38,470 bases of DNA from a virus (Duplodnaviria > Caudoviricetes). Numbering within the stretch: position 1 is the stretch's first letter; each line of letters starts with the position of its first letter. Shown here one piece after another: positions 1-8,666 of this stretch. The stretch lies in the IMG/VR virus record IMGVR_UViG_3300016667_000443, positions 1-38,470 of that record. The stretch is one strand, 5' to 3'. Below the pieces are notes generated by a model. That model was not told the DNA's origin, made no database searches, and was given only the letters and a program-made list of their open reading frames with translations. Made by a program: the position numbers and the translations under genes.

Positions 1-64
1 AAGTGACTAGTAGACTCGTCACCACCGGTTACTCGTGAATAAATACTTTCAAAGGAGTTACATT

Positions 65-349
65 ATGCCGGCATATGATTACAAGTGTGATAAGTGTGAG
101 AACGTCTGGGAAGAGATACGTCGCATGTCCGAACACGACGAACCAGAGAGGCTCCCATGTCCCCATTGCGGAAAGAAGAAATGCGTTCGTCAGGTGGTCT
201 TAGAGGCACCTGCGTTGGCTATGGACACGAACCACCGCATAGATGGGAAGGCAAAAGGGGGATTCAAAGCGGTCATGGAGAAGATTGCGGATGGTCCAGG
301 CGTAAAGGGTGGCAAACTAGAAAAGGCGATTAAACGCCGCTACCTCTGA
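65..349 (+). CDS. FmdB-family zinc-ribbon protein
   Basis: MPAYDYKCDKC...CPHCG pattern typical of FmdB zinc ribbons, common in T4-like phages; SD AGGAG upstream of ATG at 65 (ORF track starts at GTG 35). Confidence 0.8.
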   Translation: MPAYDYKCDKCENVWEEIRRMSEHDEPERLPCPHCGKKKCVRQVVLEAPALAMDTNHRIDGKAKGGFKAVMEKIADGPGVKGGKLEKAIKRRYL

Positions 350-401
350 ATATACCGTACAAACACCGACTCTGGCCCTCAGACCCCCATTTATTTCACA
401 T

Positions 402-409
402 TATAAATA
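402..409 (+). promoter_or_regulatory. T4-type late promoter (TATAAATA)
   Basis: Exact gp55 late-promoter consensus in the intergenic region upstream of ORF 454. Confidence 0.75.
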
Positions 410-453
410 CCCATGAATTCTAAAAATGTTAACAAATTAGGAAGGGCTACCCC

Positions 454-897
454 ATGTCAGATATAGTAAAGAAGTATCAACACTACTTTAATGAATCAGT
501 TAAATTACAATCTTTGGTCAACGAACAGGCTGCTTATATCAAAGAACTAGAGGAGGCTTTGGCTGCTCTCTCTGAAGATTTGACTACAGATGAGCGTCAG
601 GCGGAACTCGACAAGGCTGTAGACGATACCGAAGAAAAGGCTTACAAGTACTTGAATCCATCGAATCCAAAGGGCATGTGGGATCGTAAGACTGGTCGCC
701 CAAAGAGTCCAAAACATTTTGCTAAAGGTAAGAGGTTAGAGGCGGAAGAACAGAAGGCTAGAGATCGAAGGGATATTGAAGAGTATCATCCAACAAAGAT
801 CTTTGGTAAGGGTGGTAAGGTAGTCGGCACAACTGGTAGCAAGAAGAGTCCTACAAAGTTGGGTCATGTTGACAATGAGAACTATCCACTAGCCTGA
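454..897 (+). CDS. Hypothetical protein, putative internal head protein; N-terminal ~37 aa shared with ORF 982
   Basis: 147-aa ORF after a late promoter; leader KYQHYFNES.KLQ..V.EQ.AYI..LEEALA is duplicated in the next gene and followed by LSE. Confidence 0.6.
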   Translation: MSDIVKKYQHYFNESVKLQSLVNEQAAYIKELEEALAALSEDLTTDERQAELDKAVDDTEEKAYKYLNPSNPKGMWDRKTGRPKSPKHFAKGKRLEAEEQKARDRRDIEEYHPTKIFGKGGKVVGTTGSKKSPTKLGHVDNENYPLA

Positions 898-923
898 ATT
901 AGTATTACACAAAACATTCAGAA

Positions 924-952
924 CGCGCCCCGGAAACGGGGCGTTTTCTTTT
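924..952 (+). terminator. Rho-independent terminator
   Basis: cgccccg-gaaa-cggggcg hairpin followed by ttttctttt. Confidence 0.85.
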
Positions 953-953
953 G

Positions 954-961
954 TATAAATA
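954..961 (+). promoter_or_regulatory. T4-type late promoter (TATAAATA)
   Basis: Exact consensus directly after the terminator and upstream of SD AGGAG and ATG 982. Confidence 0.8.
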
Positions 962-981
962 GATGGTCATAGGAGAACTAT

Positions 982-1269
982 ATGAGAAACGATCTAGTAG
1001 AAAAGTATCAACATTACTTCAACGAGTCTATTAAATTACAAAAAATAGTAGACGAACAATCGGCTTACATTGCTAAATTGGAAGAAGCATTGGCTATGAA
1101 CGGTAACGAAGAAGCGGCTCAAGAGAAATTGTCTGCTGTTGATCGTGTCATGGCAAATGTAATGCCCGGAGTAAAAGCAAAGAACAGACCATCTTTACCA
1201 ACTAAAAAGCCAGTAGATCTCTCGGTAGAAGCACTCAGAATGAAAGCACAAGAGGATTTAGAAAAATGA
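982..1269 (+). CDS. Hypothetical protein, paralogous N-terminus to ORF 454
   Basis: 95-aa ORF with SD AGGAG; shares the N-terminal leader with ORF 454. Confidence 0.65.
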   Translation: MRNDLVEKYQHYFNESIKLQKIVDEQSAYIAKLEEALAMNGNEEAAQEKLSAVDRVMANVMPGVKAKNRPSLPTKKPVDLSVEALRMKAQEDLEK

Positions 1270-1661
1270 ACGATTTTGATTTCAATAACCCCATTTTAAG
1301 ACAATTGGCGGAAACATATCGCCAGATGACTGAACTATATCATGGTACGGTTTCTGATTGCATGAAACAATGCAAGGAAGTGCATCCCCATCTCTCTCCG
1401 GAGGAATGCAAAAAACAATATTGCGAAGAGGGCATGACGACTCAGGGTGGTATTCATGAAAGTCACACTCACGAAGAATTGATGAAACTCTCCGATGAAA
1501 AATTGGCTGAGTTGAAGAATGAATATACAAAAAAGGCTGCTGACTCTGAAGGCGAAGAGAAAGAGAAGCACGAAAAGGAATTGGCTGATATTGAAAAGAT
1601 TATGGATTCCCGCAAGGACAACAAGAAAGAGAAGGATGAAGAAAATGGCAAGAGTGAGTAA
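1266..1661 (+). CDS. Hypothetical protein (small Cys cluster plus charged C-terminus)
   Basis: ATGA overlap with the previous gene; CxxxC...CxxxxC segment bounded by MTE and IHE motifs. Confidence 0.6.
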   Translation: MNDFDFNNPILRQLAETYRQMTELYHGTVSDCMKQCKEVHPHLSPEECKKQYCEEGMTTQGGIHESHTHEELMKLSDEKLAELKNEYTKKAADSEGEEKEKHEKELADIEKIMDSRKDNKKEKDEENGKSE

Positions 1662-1770
1662 CAAGGGTAAGGGTCGCGGTGGTTTCAAGCATGTCACCAA
1701 GCGCAACCGTCATTGGATGGCTCAAGTTAAGTCAATGAATCGCAAATTAGATTTAGCGAGAAAGTCATGA
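1645..1770 (+). CDS. Small basic hypothetical protein (41 aa)
   Basis: MARVSNKGKGRGGFKHVTKRNRHW...; fills the gap between flanking genes and its stop overlaps the next start (ATGA); ATG 1645 preferred over 1519. Confidence 0.5.
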   Translation: MARVSNKGKGRGGFKHVTKRNRHWMAQVKSMNRKLDLARKS

Positions 1771-2030
1771 ACAAAAAGAAACTTTTGGAAAAGATCGAAG
1801 TCATCAAGTCAACACAACCAATCAATGAACACGTTCCGTTGGATGACGAAGAGGGTGGCATGGCAATGGGAGAGTTGAAAACCAGTGCTGAAGCCGCAAA
1901 TGAAATTGCATCAATGCTGCAAACCAATACTCAACTCGAAGCATGGGTGCAAAGCAAGATAACTAAGGCTAAGGATTACTTGGTTTCTGTTCGTGATTAT
2001 CTAAAGAGTAACCCAGATGCCAAAGAATGA
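1767..2030 (+). CDS. Hypothetical protein of a type recurrent in T4-like phages
   Basis: EGGMA..EL...LEAWVQSKITKA.DYL motif, recognised from uncharacterised T4-like phage proteins; leader ends in INE. Confidence 0.65.
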   Translation: MNKKKLLEKIEVIKSTQPINEHVPLDDEEGGMAMGELKTSAEAANEIASMLQTNTQLEAWVQSKITKAKDYLVSVRDYLKSNPDAKE

Positions 2031-2187
2031 TTTTGATGAATATCTTGACAGTATAAGAAAAGCAGTGGCGAGGGAAACTGCAACTCCCAAACAGGATAAA
2101 AAACCAACACCATCTGAAATCTTGATTGCAGCGAGAGAGATGATGAAAAGAGCAAAAGATGCAAGATCCAACAAAGACAATCGCTGA
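2017..2187 (+). CDS. Small hypothetical protein (56 aa, not in ORF track)
   Basis: Manually translated MPKNDFDEYLDSIRKAVARE...NKDNR*; fills the gap between ORFs 1767 and 2159. Confidence 0.5.
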   Translation: MPKNDFDEYLDSIRKAVARETATPKQDKKPTPSEILIAAREMMKRAKDARSNKDNR

Positions 2188-2347
2188 AGCATACACAAGA
2201 CAAGTTCTTTTTGAACAATGGGCCACAACAAAACAAAATGACATTGTGGAAGCAATTTCCTCGTTTGAAGAGGAAAATGGTGTAGAATTAACCGAAGAGC
2301 AAATCAAGTTCGTAGTAGAATCATTTTTAACTGAATCATACAAATGA
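2159..2347 (+). CDS. Small acidic hypothetical protein
   Basis: 62 aa; stop overlaps the next start (ATGA); several L/I-x-E motifs. Confidence 0.55.
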   Translation: MQDPTKTIAEAYTRQVLFEQWATTKQNDIVEAISSFEEENGVELTEEQIKFVVESFLTESYK

Positions 2348-4266
2348 GATCATTTCGTCAACATATGAGCGGTGGATATGTTCCACCATCGGCTGAAGAT
2401 CGTGCAGAGTTGGCAAGACTTCGTGCTGATCAATTTGAACGCAGAATAGCGGGCAGCAAGATGACTGACTTCGACCGCGGTCAATACACGGAGATTGGTC
2501 ACGCTGCAACAACTGGTGGCATCGGAAGCAACGCCGATACAGAACTCTGGGTTCATCACGATGACAGGATTTTAAGAAGAAGATTACCAGAGTGGCGTCC
2601 ACACGGAGCGCACCATGATGTATTTGGCATGGGCGAATTGAACTATCCAGAAGGCGGTCCTCGCAAACCAGCGGGTAGAATAGACCATGCATTGAAGGCC
2701 ATTTCCTTGCAATACGATCCAAAGACTCCTTCTCACCATGTTGAGAGGGTTGTTCAACAATTACGGAAAGCACATCCAGATTATGTCATTCGTGATTATG
2801 AACAAAACAAGTATGTTCACGAAGGCGTGGCAAAAGATATTGCAAAAGTGCTAGGTACAGCGGCAGTTGCGGGGGCAGTCGCTTTTGGAGCCGGTAAATC
2901 CGTCAAGCAACAATTTCCAAGTAAACCAGAAGCGCCAATAGCAAAAGCATTTGCTGGATCAAAACCAGTTGAAAAACCAACATCAACACTTAAAGTGCCA
3001 ACAGATGTTAAAGCCAAAATGCCTGCATCACCCAAGGTCAAGGAACCGGATGGGCATAAAGAATTTCACGAAAGATTACAAAAGCATTTTGGCGAAGAAT
3101 ATCCAATCATTTTGGCTGCTGCGAAGAGAAATGGTATAGCGGAAACAGATCACGAAAACTTGGCTACTCTTTATGCCATTCGCAAAGCAGAGAATGGAAA
3201 ACAGGGGAAAGAGTTTGGTGTTCTCCATCCCAAGGCAAAAGGTAAGCCAGGAGAATCCAGAGAAGCCACTCTGGATAGACAAGCCGGCTGGGCTGCTGCA
3301 ACAATCATAAGCAAGCGGCGCGCCCACGAGGCATCAAAGCAAGGTGGAGATTTCGTTGAGTTTTTGGCATCAAAGTATGCGCCAGTTGGTGCAGAAAACG
3401 ATCCAAACAATTTGAATAGAAATTGGCACAAGAATGTTTCTGGTTGGCGTGATGTGTTTCATGGCAAAAAGGGAAGCATAAGCGAAGCAAAAAAGAATCT
3501 TCATGTATTTGATTTTGACGATACATTAGCAAAAACAAAATCCGGTGTAAGTGTTAGAAATAAAAAGACAGGTGAAACCAGAAGATTAAACTCGGGAGAG
3601 TTTGCAAGTTTTGCTCCAGAGGACGAACATGAATTGGATTTCTCAGAATTCAACCAAGTAGTAGATCCCGAACCAATCAAAGGATTAGATAGAGCCGCAC
3701 GAAATGCTTCACGAAAGGGCAGAGATGTGGCAATATTGACTGCAAGACCACCGGCTGCTGAACCCGCAATTCGTAAGTACCTGAAAGGTCGTGGGATAAG
3801 AGGCAAGAACTTAAAGATAATGGCAATAGGTTCCTCAGATCCAAAGGCAAAGCGCGATGCTCTGGGAGCGCACCTTGCTGGTAAGAATTACAATAAAGTA
3901 GAATATAGCGACGATCATGGACCAAATGTAGATGCTGTAGGAGAATTGCAAATGCAGCATCCAACCACTGCTTTCAGATTGAGAACAGTTAAAATAAAAG
4001 AAGAAGCAAAACCTAAGATATTAACCAGACTTACCAATCAACTCCGCTCCAAAGGTGTTAAAAATGCCGCAGGAGTTGCAATAGGTAAACTTCGTCAATT
4101 TGGCTTAATGCAAAAGGATTCTTTGTCGCTCACAGACAAGGGAGCCAAGAGAAACAAAATGTCACCTGGCGCAAGAGCCAAAAGTAGAGCGGCGAGATAT
4201 AATGGTGGATCGCCAAAAGATTATACATATAATAGCAAAACAAACAGAGCCACAAAAAAGGACTAA
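2344..4266 (+). CDS. Multidomain protein: unknown N-domain, lysozyme-like muramidase domain, HAD-family phosphatase, basic C-domain
   Basis: YAIRKAENG...EFG...KYAPVGAENDPNNLNRNW lysozyme-like motif; HAD motifs VFDFDDTL, ILTAR, K, YSDD...N; modules separated by VHE, ISE and IKE. Confidence 0.7.
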   Translation: MRSFRQHMSGGYVPPSAEDRAELARLRADQFERRIAGSKMTDFDRGQYTEIGHAATTGGIGSNADTELWVHHDDRILRRRLPEWRPHGAHHDVFGMGELNYPEGGPRKPAGRIDHALKAISLQYDPKTPSHHVERVVQQLRKAHPDYVIRDYEQNKYVHEGVAKDIAKVLGTAAVAGAVAFGAGKSVKQQFPSKPEAPIAKAFAGSKPVEKPTSTLKVPTDVKAKMPASPKVKEPDGHKEFHERLQKHFGEEYPIILAAAKRNGIAETDHENLATLYAIRKAENGKQGKEFGVLHPKAKGKPGESREATLDRQAGWAAATIISKRRAHEASKQGGDFVEFLASKYAPVGAENDPNNLNRNWHKNVSGWRDVFHGKKGSISEAKKNLHVFDFDDTLAKTKSGVSVRNKKTGETRRLNSGEFASFAPEDEHELDFSEFNQVVDPEPIKGLDRAARNASRKGRDVAILTARPPAAEPAIRKYLKGRGIRGKNLKIMAIGSSDPKAKRDALGAHLAGKNYNKVEYSDDHGPNVDAVGELQMQHPTTAFRLRTVKIKEEAKPKILTRLTNQLRSKGVKNAAGVAIGKLRQFGLMQKDSLSLTDKGAKRNKMSPGARAKSRAARYNGGSPKDYTYNSKTNRATKKD

Positions 4267-4268
4267 TT

Positions 4269-5120
4269 ATGACATCCGAATCAGACTGGATCAAAGAAGT
4301 ATCAAAAACCTACCTTGAAGAAGCCTATGGCGCCAAGGCAAAAAAGAAAAAGGAAATGAAAGAAGAAGCAGAGGAATGCAATGAGTGCATTCAAGAACAA
4401 GCACTCGTTGAGTCTGTTAATTTATTGACAGAAGAACAACAAGAACTCTTTGTTCTTTCTTTCGTAGATGACCTTCTTGAGAGTCTAACTGTTGAAGAAA
4501 TAGAAGCACTCACAGAGGAACAACTTGAAGAAGGTTTGATGGCTAAACTCAAGGGTTATGCTGGTGGTGCTCTTGCTGCTGCAAAGTCTGCCCCACTTTC
4601 TCAATTTATCTCAAAGGCAAAACAATATGGTGCAGAGAGAACCGAGCGTCTTGAAAAGAAGGAAGCACAAGCAGCACATGCAAAGGAAGTAGAAAAGGCA
4701 AGAGGAGAAGCAAAGGGTGGAGTCCGCAAGGCCACAGATGCAGAACTCCATGCTATAGTTGGTAAACTTGGCGGTGCCAAGGGTGCTACAAACAAGGCAG
4801 TCCTCGCAAAGGCTCAAGAAACTCTCGGAAAGAGAGCAGAAGCAGCCGCTGGCAAGGGATTGGGTGGTTTGGTTGCCAAGACAAGAGGATTGCTCGGTAA
4901 CAAAGCTGCTATGCGTGACAGAGTAACAAAGATGGCCGAGCGTTCAAAGGCTCAAGCCGGTAAGGTAAAGGTTGATGCATCAAAGGTTGTAGATCAAGCC
5001 CGTGGCGGTTACAAGAAGCAAACTATTGCAAAAATACAAGGACTTCGCGCCAAGGGGAAGCAGTCTGCGGGTGAGATAAAGAAACTACAAAAAACATTAC
5101 CTACAAAGAAAAAGAAGTAA
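4269..5120 (+). CDS. Hypothetical protein with acidic N-terminal third and Lys/Ala-rich C-terminus
   Basis: 283 aa; Glu-rich leader with many L-x-E motifs ending QLEE, then a strongly basic helical region. Confidence 0.65.
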   Translation: MTSESDWIKEVSKTYLEEAYGAKAKKKKEMKEEAEECNECIQEQALVESVNLLTEEQQELFVLSFVDDLLESLTVEEIEALTEEQLEEGLMAKLKGYAGGALAAAKSAPLSQFISKAKQYGAERTERLEKKEAQAAHAKEVEKARGEAKGGVRKATDAELHAIVGKLGGAKGATNKAVLAKAQETLGKRAEAAAGKGLGGLVAKTRGLLGNKAAMRDRVTKMAERSKAQAGKVKVDASKVVDQARGGYKKQTIAKIQGLRAKGKQSAGEIKKLQKTLPTKKKK

Positions 5121-5151
5121 ACAAAACCCCCAGAAATGGGGGTTTTTTGTT
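5121..5151 (+). terminator. Rho-independent terminator (possibly bidirectional)
   Basis: aaaaccccca-gaaa-tgggggtttttt hairpin with T run. Confidence 0.85.
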
Positions 5152-5152
5152 G

Positions 5153-5160
5153 GATAAATA
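5153..5160 (+). promoter_or_regulatory. Late promoter variant (GATAAATA)
   Basis: One mismatch to TATAAATA, directly after a terminator and before a gene start, the same arrangement as at 954. Confidence 0.6.
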
Positions 5161-5179
5161 CTTCCATATGGAGTATCCT

Positions 5180-6088
5180 ATGGATCGAGCACAACTATTA
5201 TTGAATATCAAAAAGTTATTAGAAAAACAAGGTGCTAAAAGAAAACTCATGCAAAAAGCAAAGAGGGATTCTGTTGCACTTGCAAGTGAATTAATTGGTG
5301 TTACGATGCCAGCAATGGGTATGTCCTCCATACACGAAGAAGCAATAATCAGGGAGTATTCTGTCCAAGCAGTTGGACGCAAAAGGAATACCATGATGAA
5401 TGCCATGCAATTGAATGATGCTGAATTTTTGAACTGGGTGCAGGATAGACTCTATAGACTCGCTCACGAAAATGAAAGATCTGTATCTGAATTTACCATC
5501 AAAGATCTTTCTGCTGGCTTGCAAAGATGGGAAAATTTATTCTCCACACAAGACAAAGAATGGGGTAAGTACAGAGAACCATTCATGAAGTATAAGGATC
5601 GTTTTATTAAAGCAGCGGCTGTAATTCTAAATACAGGACAAGCAGCAGGATCACTGAATGATCCACCAAATAAAGCGGCTCCAAATAATACAGACGGTTC
5701 TCCGGCTTCTCCGACAATGTTGAAGCACCAAGCGGCTGATGGAGTGTCGGGTGATGTTCAACCAGTGCCTCCAGGTCGTGGTGGTGGTAGTCCTGAAATG
5801 GAACAACAACCACAAGAGTATGGTCCAACTGAGTATTTACAATACTTCCAACAACTGTTACAGATGGACGATGCTCAATTTGCCGAGTTTGTACATGACA
5901 AACTATTGAGCGGCGAAGATGCACCAACCAATATGTCAAAGAAGTCAATACAAAAACTACTCAACCGAGATGAAAAGGAAGTAACAAAAGTATTTGCAAA
6001 GTATGAGAAGGAGATGCACAAACTGTATAAAGAATACGCCAAAAGATTCTTGGGTGCAGTTGACATGATGTTACAACAAGAGGAATGA
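5180..6088 (+). CDS. Hypothetical protein
   Basis: Long ORF; GGAG 6 nt before ATG 5180; two similar helical segments (MQLNDAEFLNWVQDRL / LQMDDAQFAEFVHDKL) separated by a Pro/Gly linker. Confidence 0.65.
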   Translation: MDRAQLLLNIKKLLEKQGAKRKLMQKAKRDSVALASELIGVTMPAMGMSSIHEEAIIREYSVQAVGRKRNTMMNAMQLNDAEFLNWVQDRLYRLAHENERSVSEFTIKDLSAGLQRWENLFSTQDKEWGKYREPFMKYKDRFIKAAAVILNTGQAAGSLNDPPNKAAPNNTDGSPASPTMLKHQAADGVSGDVQPVPPGRGGGSPEMEQQPQEYGPTEYLQYFQQLLQMDDAQFAEFVHDKLLSGEDAPTNMSKKSIQKLLNRDEKEVTKVFAKYEKEMHKLYKEYAKRFLGAVDMMLQQEE

Positions 6089-6092
6089 TATT

Positions 6093-6614
6093 ATGAATAA
6101 AGATGTATTATTACTGAATGCGTCAGAAGAAGTGATTAATGTAATTGATTGGACAAAAGCGGTAAAACTCTTGATGGCTGGAAAGGCAATAAAGCCTTAC
6201 AATTACGAAGACTATCACGAAATAACAACAAGCAGCGGAATATTTAAACTCCCAACTGCTATAGTGTTGGTTGAATATGTAAGAATTCCATACAGGAATT
6301 GCAAACTTAACAAAAAGAATTTGTTCAATAGAGATCACGGAATGTGTCAATATTGTGCAAAGAAGTTATCAAAAGCAACTCTGACAATAGATCACGTTTT
6401 GCCAAAAAGTCGCGGCGGCAAGAATTCTTGGGAAAACATGGTATCTTGTTGCAGGGGTTGTAATATAAAAAAGAAAAACAGAACTCCTTCGGAAGCAAAT
6501 ATGAAATTGCTATCCGTGCCTGGTTTACCACATAAGGATTTTGTACTAATTAAAGTATATGATGGGAACCATAACAAGTTATGGGAGAGATGGATTAGTA
6601 TAAATAATAAGTAA
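6093..6614 (+). CDS. HNH endonuclease
   Basis: RD...CQYC...TIDHVLPKSRGG.NSWENMVSCC..CN..K motif; N-terminal VLLLNAS.E.I.VI.W subfamily signature. Confidence 0.9.
   Translation: MNKDVLLLNASEEVINVIDWTKAVKLLMAGKAIKPYNYEDYHEITTSSGIFKLPTAIVLVEYVRIPYRNCKLNKKNLFNRDHGMCQYCAKKLSKATLTIDHVLPKSRGGKNSWENMVSCCRGCNIKKKNRTPSEANMKLLSVPGLPHKDFVLIKVYDGNHNKLWERWISINNK
6599..6606 (+). promoter_or_regulatory. T4-type late promoter (TATAAATA)
   Basis: Exact consensus at the end of the HNH gene, upstream of SD AAGGAG and ATG 6635. Confidence 0.7.
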
Positions 6615-6634
6615 CCTTAAGGAGAATACACAAA

Positions 6635-6952
6635 ATGAGATTTGCAAACCCACCCGCATATACCATAACTGGCGCTTTACAGCAAAATGTTGAACTAAGT
6701 TCCCGTGCTATCATGTTTACAAACGCACACTCTGCTAATACGACAACCACAATTGTTGCTGAAGTATGGATTACACAAAATCCAGGAACAAGAGATGTTG
6801 ACGAATATGGTGATTATACTAGCAGAACATATAAGTCTGTATCCTTTACTGTAAATGTTCGCTCGGGTGAAACTTTAATTCTTCCGCTAGCACTGAAAAA
6901 GGTAACTTCCCTATCACTAGGAACTTCAACCACCGCATATGTACTTGTTTGA
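6635..6952 (+). CDS. Hypothetical beta-rich protein, possibly virion-associated
   Basis: 105 aa, strong SD, Thr/Val-rich, downstream of a late promoter. Confidence 0.6.
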   Translation: MRFANPPAYTITGALQQNVELSSRAIMFTNAHSANTTTTIVAEVWITQNPGTRDVDEYGDYTSRTYKSVSFTVNVRSGETLILPLALKKVTSLSLGTSTTAYVLV

Positions 6953-8321
6953 TTTTTCACAATTTCAATTAAACTGGAACCAAACCCATCCTAGTGGTGC
7001 GCTGAGAACAATCAGTGAACAAACAGAGGATGGGGGTCCAAATGTCCATCTGCAACACGCAGAGGATGCCATATTTGACGAAGGACATGAGGGTGGTCGT
7101 TCTGCTGCACATTACATACATTCTTTGGCACATGGATTGATGGGCAAACACGGACCAGATTTTAAAGTAACAACAAAGTACGATGGTGCTCCTGCGGTGA
7201 TATTTGGAGTACATCCAGTAACCGGAAAGTTCTTTGTAGGCACCAAATCTGTATTTTCTAAAACGCCAAAAATTAATTACTCATTAAAAGATATCCAAAC
7301 AAATCACGGAGATTCACCCGGTCTTGTAGCAAAGTTGCAAGCGGCATTTAACAATTTACGCAAATTAAATATTCCCCACGGTGAAGTCTATCAGGGTGAC
7401 ATGATGTACACACCAGATGATTTGCGATCTGAAAACATAGACGGAAATGAACACATAACATTTACCCCAAATACTTTAACATATGCTGTACCCCATCGCA
7501 GCGATGATGCCAAAAGAATTGCAGCATCCAAGATGGGAATAATCGTACACACTGGTTATAGAAATTTTGGTCAAAAAGGAATGACAACCCAGTTTTCACC
7601 CGATCTTTCCCACTTGGAGCAACACCCCGATGTGTGGATGAAAGATGCTCAATTGAGCAGAGGTGAAGGAAATGAAAAACAACTGTCTGCTGCGGATCAC
7701 AAGAAAATACTTGAACACTTAAAAGCAGCACACAAGCACATGGATGATAGCAAAGATTTCCTAAATGCAACTGCGGGTCATGCAACACTTAAACCATTGT
7801 TGAAAATGTTTGTAAATGACATGGTAAAAAGAGGTGTTGAAAGACCATCAAAACAACACATCATGGATTTTATCACGGCAAGACACAATGCAGAGGCAGA
7901 TAAGTTAAAAACGCAAGCAGGCAAAGATCGTGTTCATGCCAGACGAACAGAATTGCTAAGTCATTTAATGCAAAATGGACAACATTTGGATAATATGTTG
8001 GCAGCACACCACAACATTGCTGCGGCTAAACACATATTAATTGGTGGATTGAAGAAGACAAAAGGTATTGCGACTTACGCAAGAACCCAAAAAGCACACC
8101 CAGATACAAAAGAACTTGTAGATCACTTAGAACCAGTATCACCCGAGGGATTCGTCATGATTGATACTGGCACTGGCAAAGCATTGAAAGCAGTAAACCG
8201 CTCAGAGTTTTCAAGAATGAATTTTGAGCGCGGTAAAATGGCTCAAATGAAGAAGAAACAAAAGCAAGGCGAAGAACAAGAAGATCAAGAAGATCAAGAA
8301 CAAGGAGAAGACAATGGCTAA
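6939..8321 (+). CDS. DUF6267-like protein with ATP-dependent ligase/nucleotidyltransferase motifs
   Basis: HLQHAED N-motif; TTKYDGAPA (motif I KxDG), YQGD (III), EGFV (IV), KAVNR (V); family recalled as adjacent to a cytidylyltransferase in T4-like phages. Confidence 0.75.
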   Translation: MYLFDFSQFQLNWNQTHPSGALRTISEQTEDGGPNVHLQHAEDAIFDEGHEGGRSAAHYIHSLAHGLMGKHGPDFKVTTKYDGAPAVIFGVHPVTGKFFVGTKSVFSKTPKINYSLKDIQTNHGDSPGLVAKLQAAFNNLRKLNIPHGEVYQGDMMYTPDDLRSENIDGNEHITFTPNTLTYAVPHRSDDAKRIAASKMGIIVHTGYRNFGQKGMTTQFSPDLSHLEQHPDVWMKDAQLSRGEGNEKQLSAADHKKILEHLKAAHKHMDDSKDFLNATAGHATLKPLLKMFVNDMVKRGVERPSKQHIMDFITARHNAEADKLKTQAGKDRVHARRTELLSHLMQNGQHLDNMLAAHHNIAAAKHILIGGLKKTKGIATYARTQKAHPDTKELVDHLEPVSPEGFVMIDTGTGKALKAVNRSEFSRMNFERGKMAQMKKKQKQGEEQEDQEDQEQGEDNG

Positions 8322-8370
8322 AAAAGGATGTGGTTGCGGTGGACCAAAAACCGGAAACGGCGGCAAATGA
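8314..8370 (+). CDS. Micro-peptide MAKKGCGCGGPKTGNGGK (18 aa)
   Basis: SD AGGAG upstream; start overlaps the upstream gene end; TGA overlaps ATG 8367. Confidence 0.4.
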   Translation: MAKKGCGCGGPKTGNGGK

Positions 8371-8666
8371 TGTTTAAAGCAAAACTTATGACCGTCTTTA
8401 AAAATATGTTTGGTGGTGAATACACCAAAGAAAATGGTAAGATATTTTGGTTAAAAGAGAATACTAAAGAACTGGTTACAACCGGATTCTTGAAGTACTT
8501 TATAGATAAGAAAAAAGATCCATCTTCAAATGTCGTGTCTACTGTTGTTTCTACAGAAGTAAGTAAAGTTGTTTCAACAGAAGTAAACACAACAAAACCA
8601 CCAAGCAAGAAAGCAAAGAAAGATGCAAAAATTCCAACAAATCCTGAAGTATCTCAAGGAAGTTAA
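8367..8666 (+). CDS. Hypothetical protein
   Basis: ORF track 8328..8666; start at 8367 or 8370 more likely; contains a VVSTEV repeat. Confidence 0.5.
   Translation: MMFKAKLMTVFKNMFGGEYTKENGKIFWLKENTKELVTTGFLKYFIDKKKDPSSNVVSTVVSTEVSKVVSTEVNTTKPPSKKAKKDAKIPTNPEVSQGS

Noticed and set aside
6093-6614. HNH gene as an intron-borne homing endonuclease
   Set aside because: Free-standing between intact genes; no split host gene or intron structure evident.
8270-8590. Short tandem repeats (9-nt gaagatcaa; 24-nt VVSTEV unit) as a CRISPR-like array
   Set aside because: In-frame low-complexity coding repeats without spacers.
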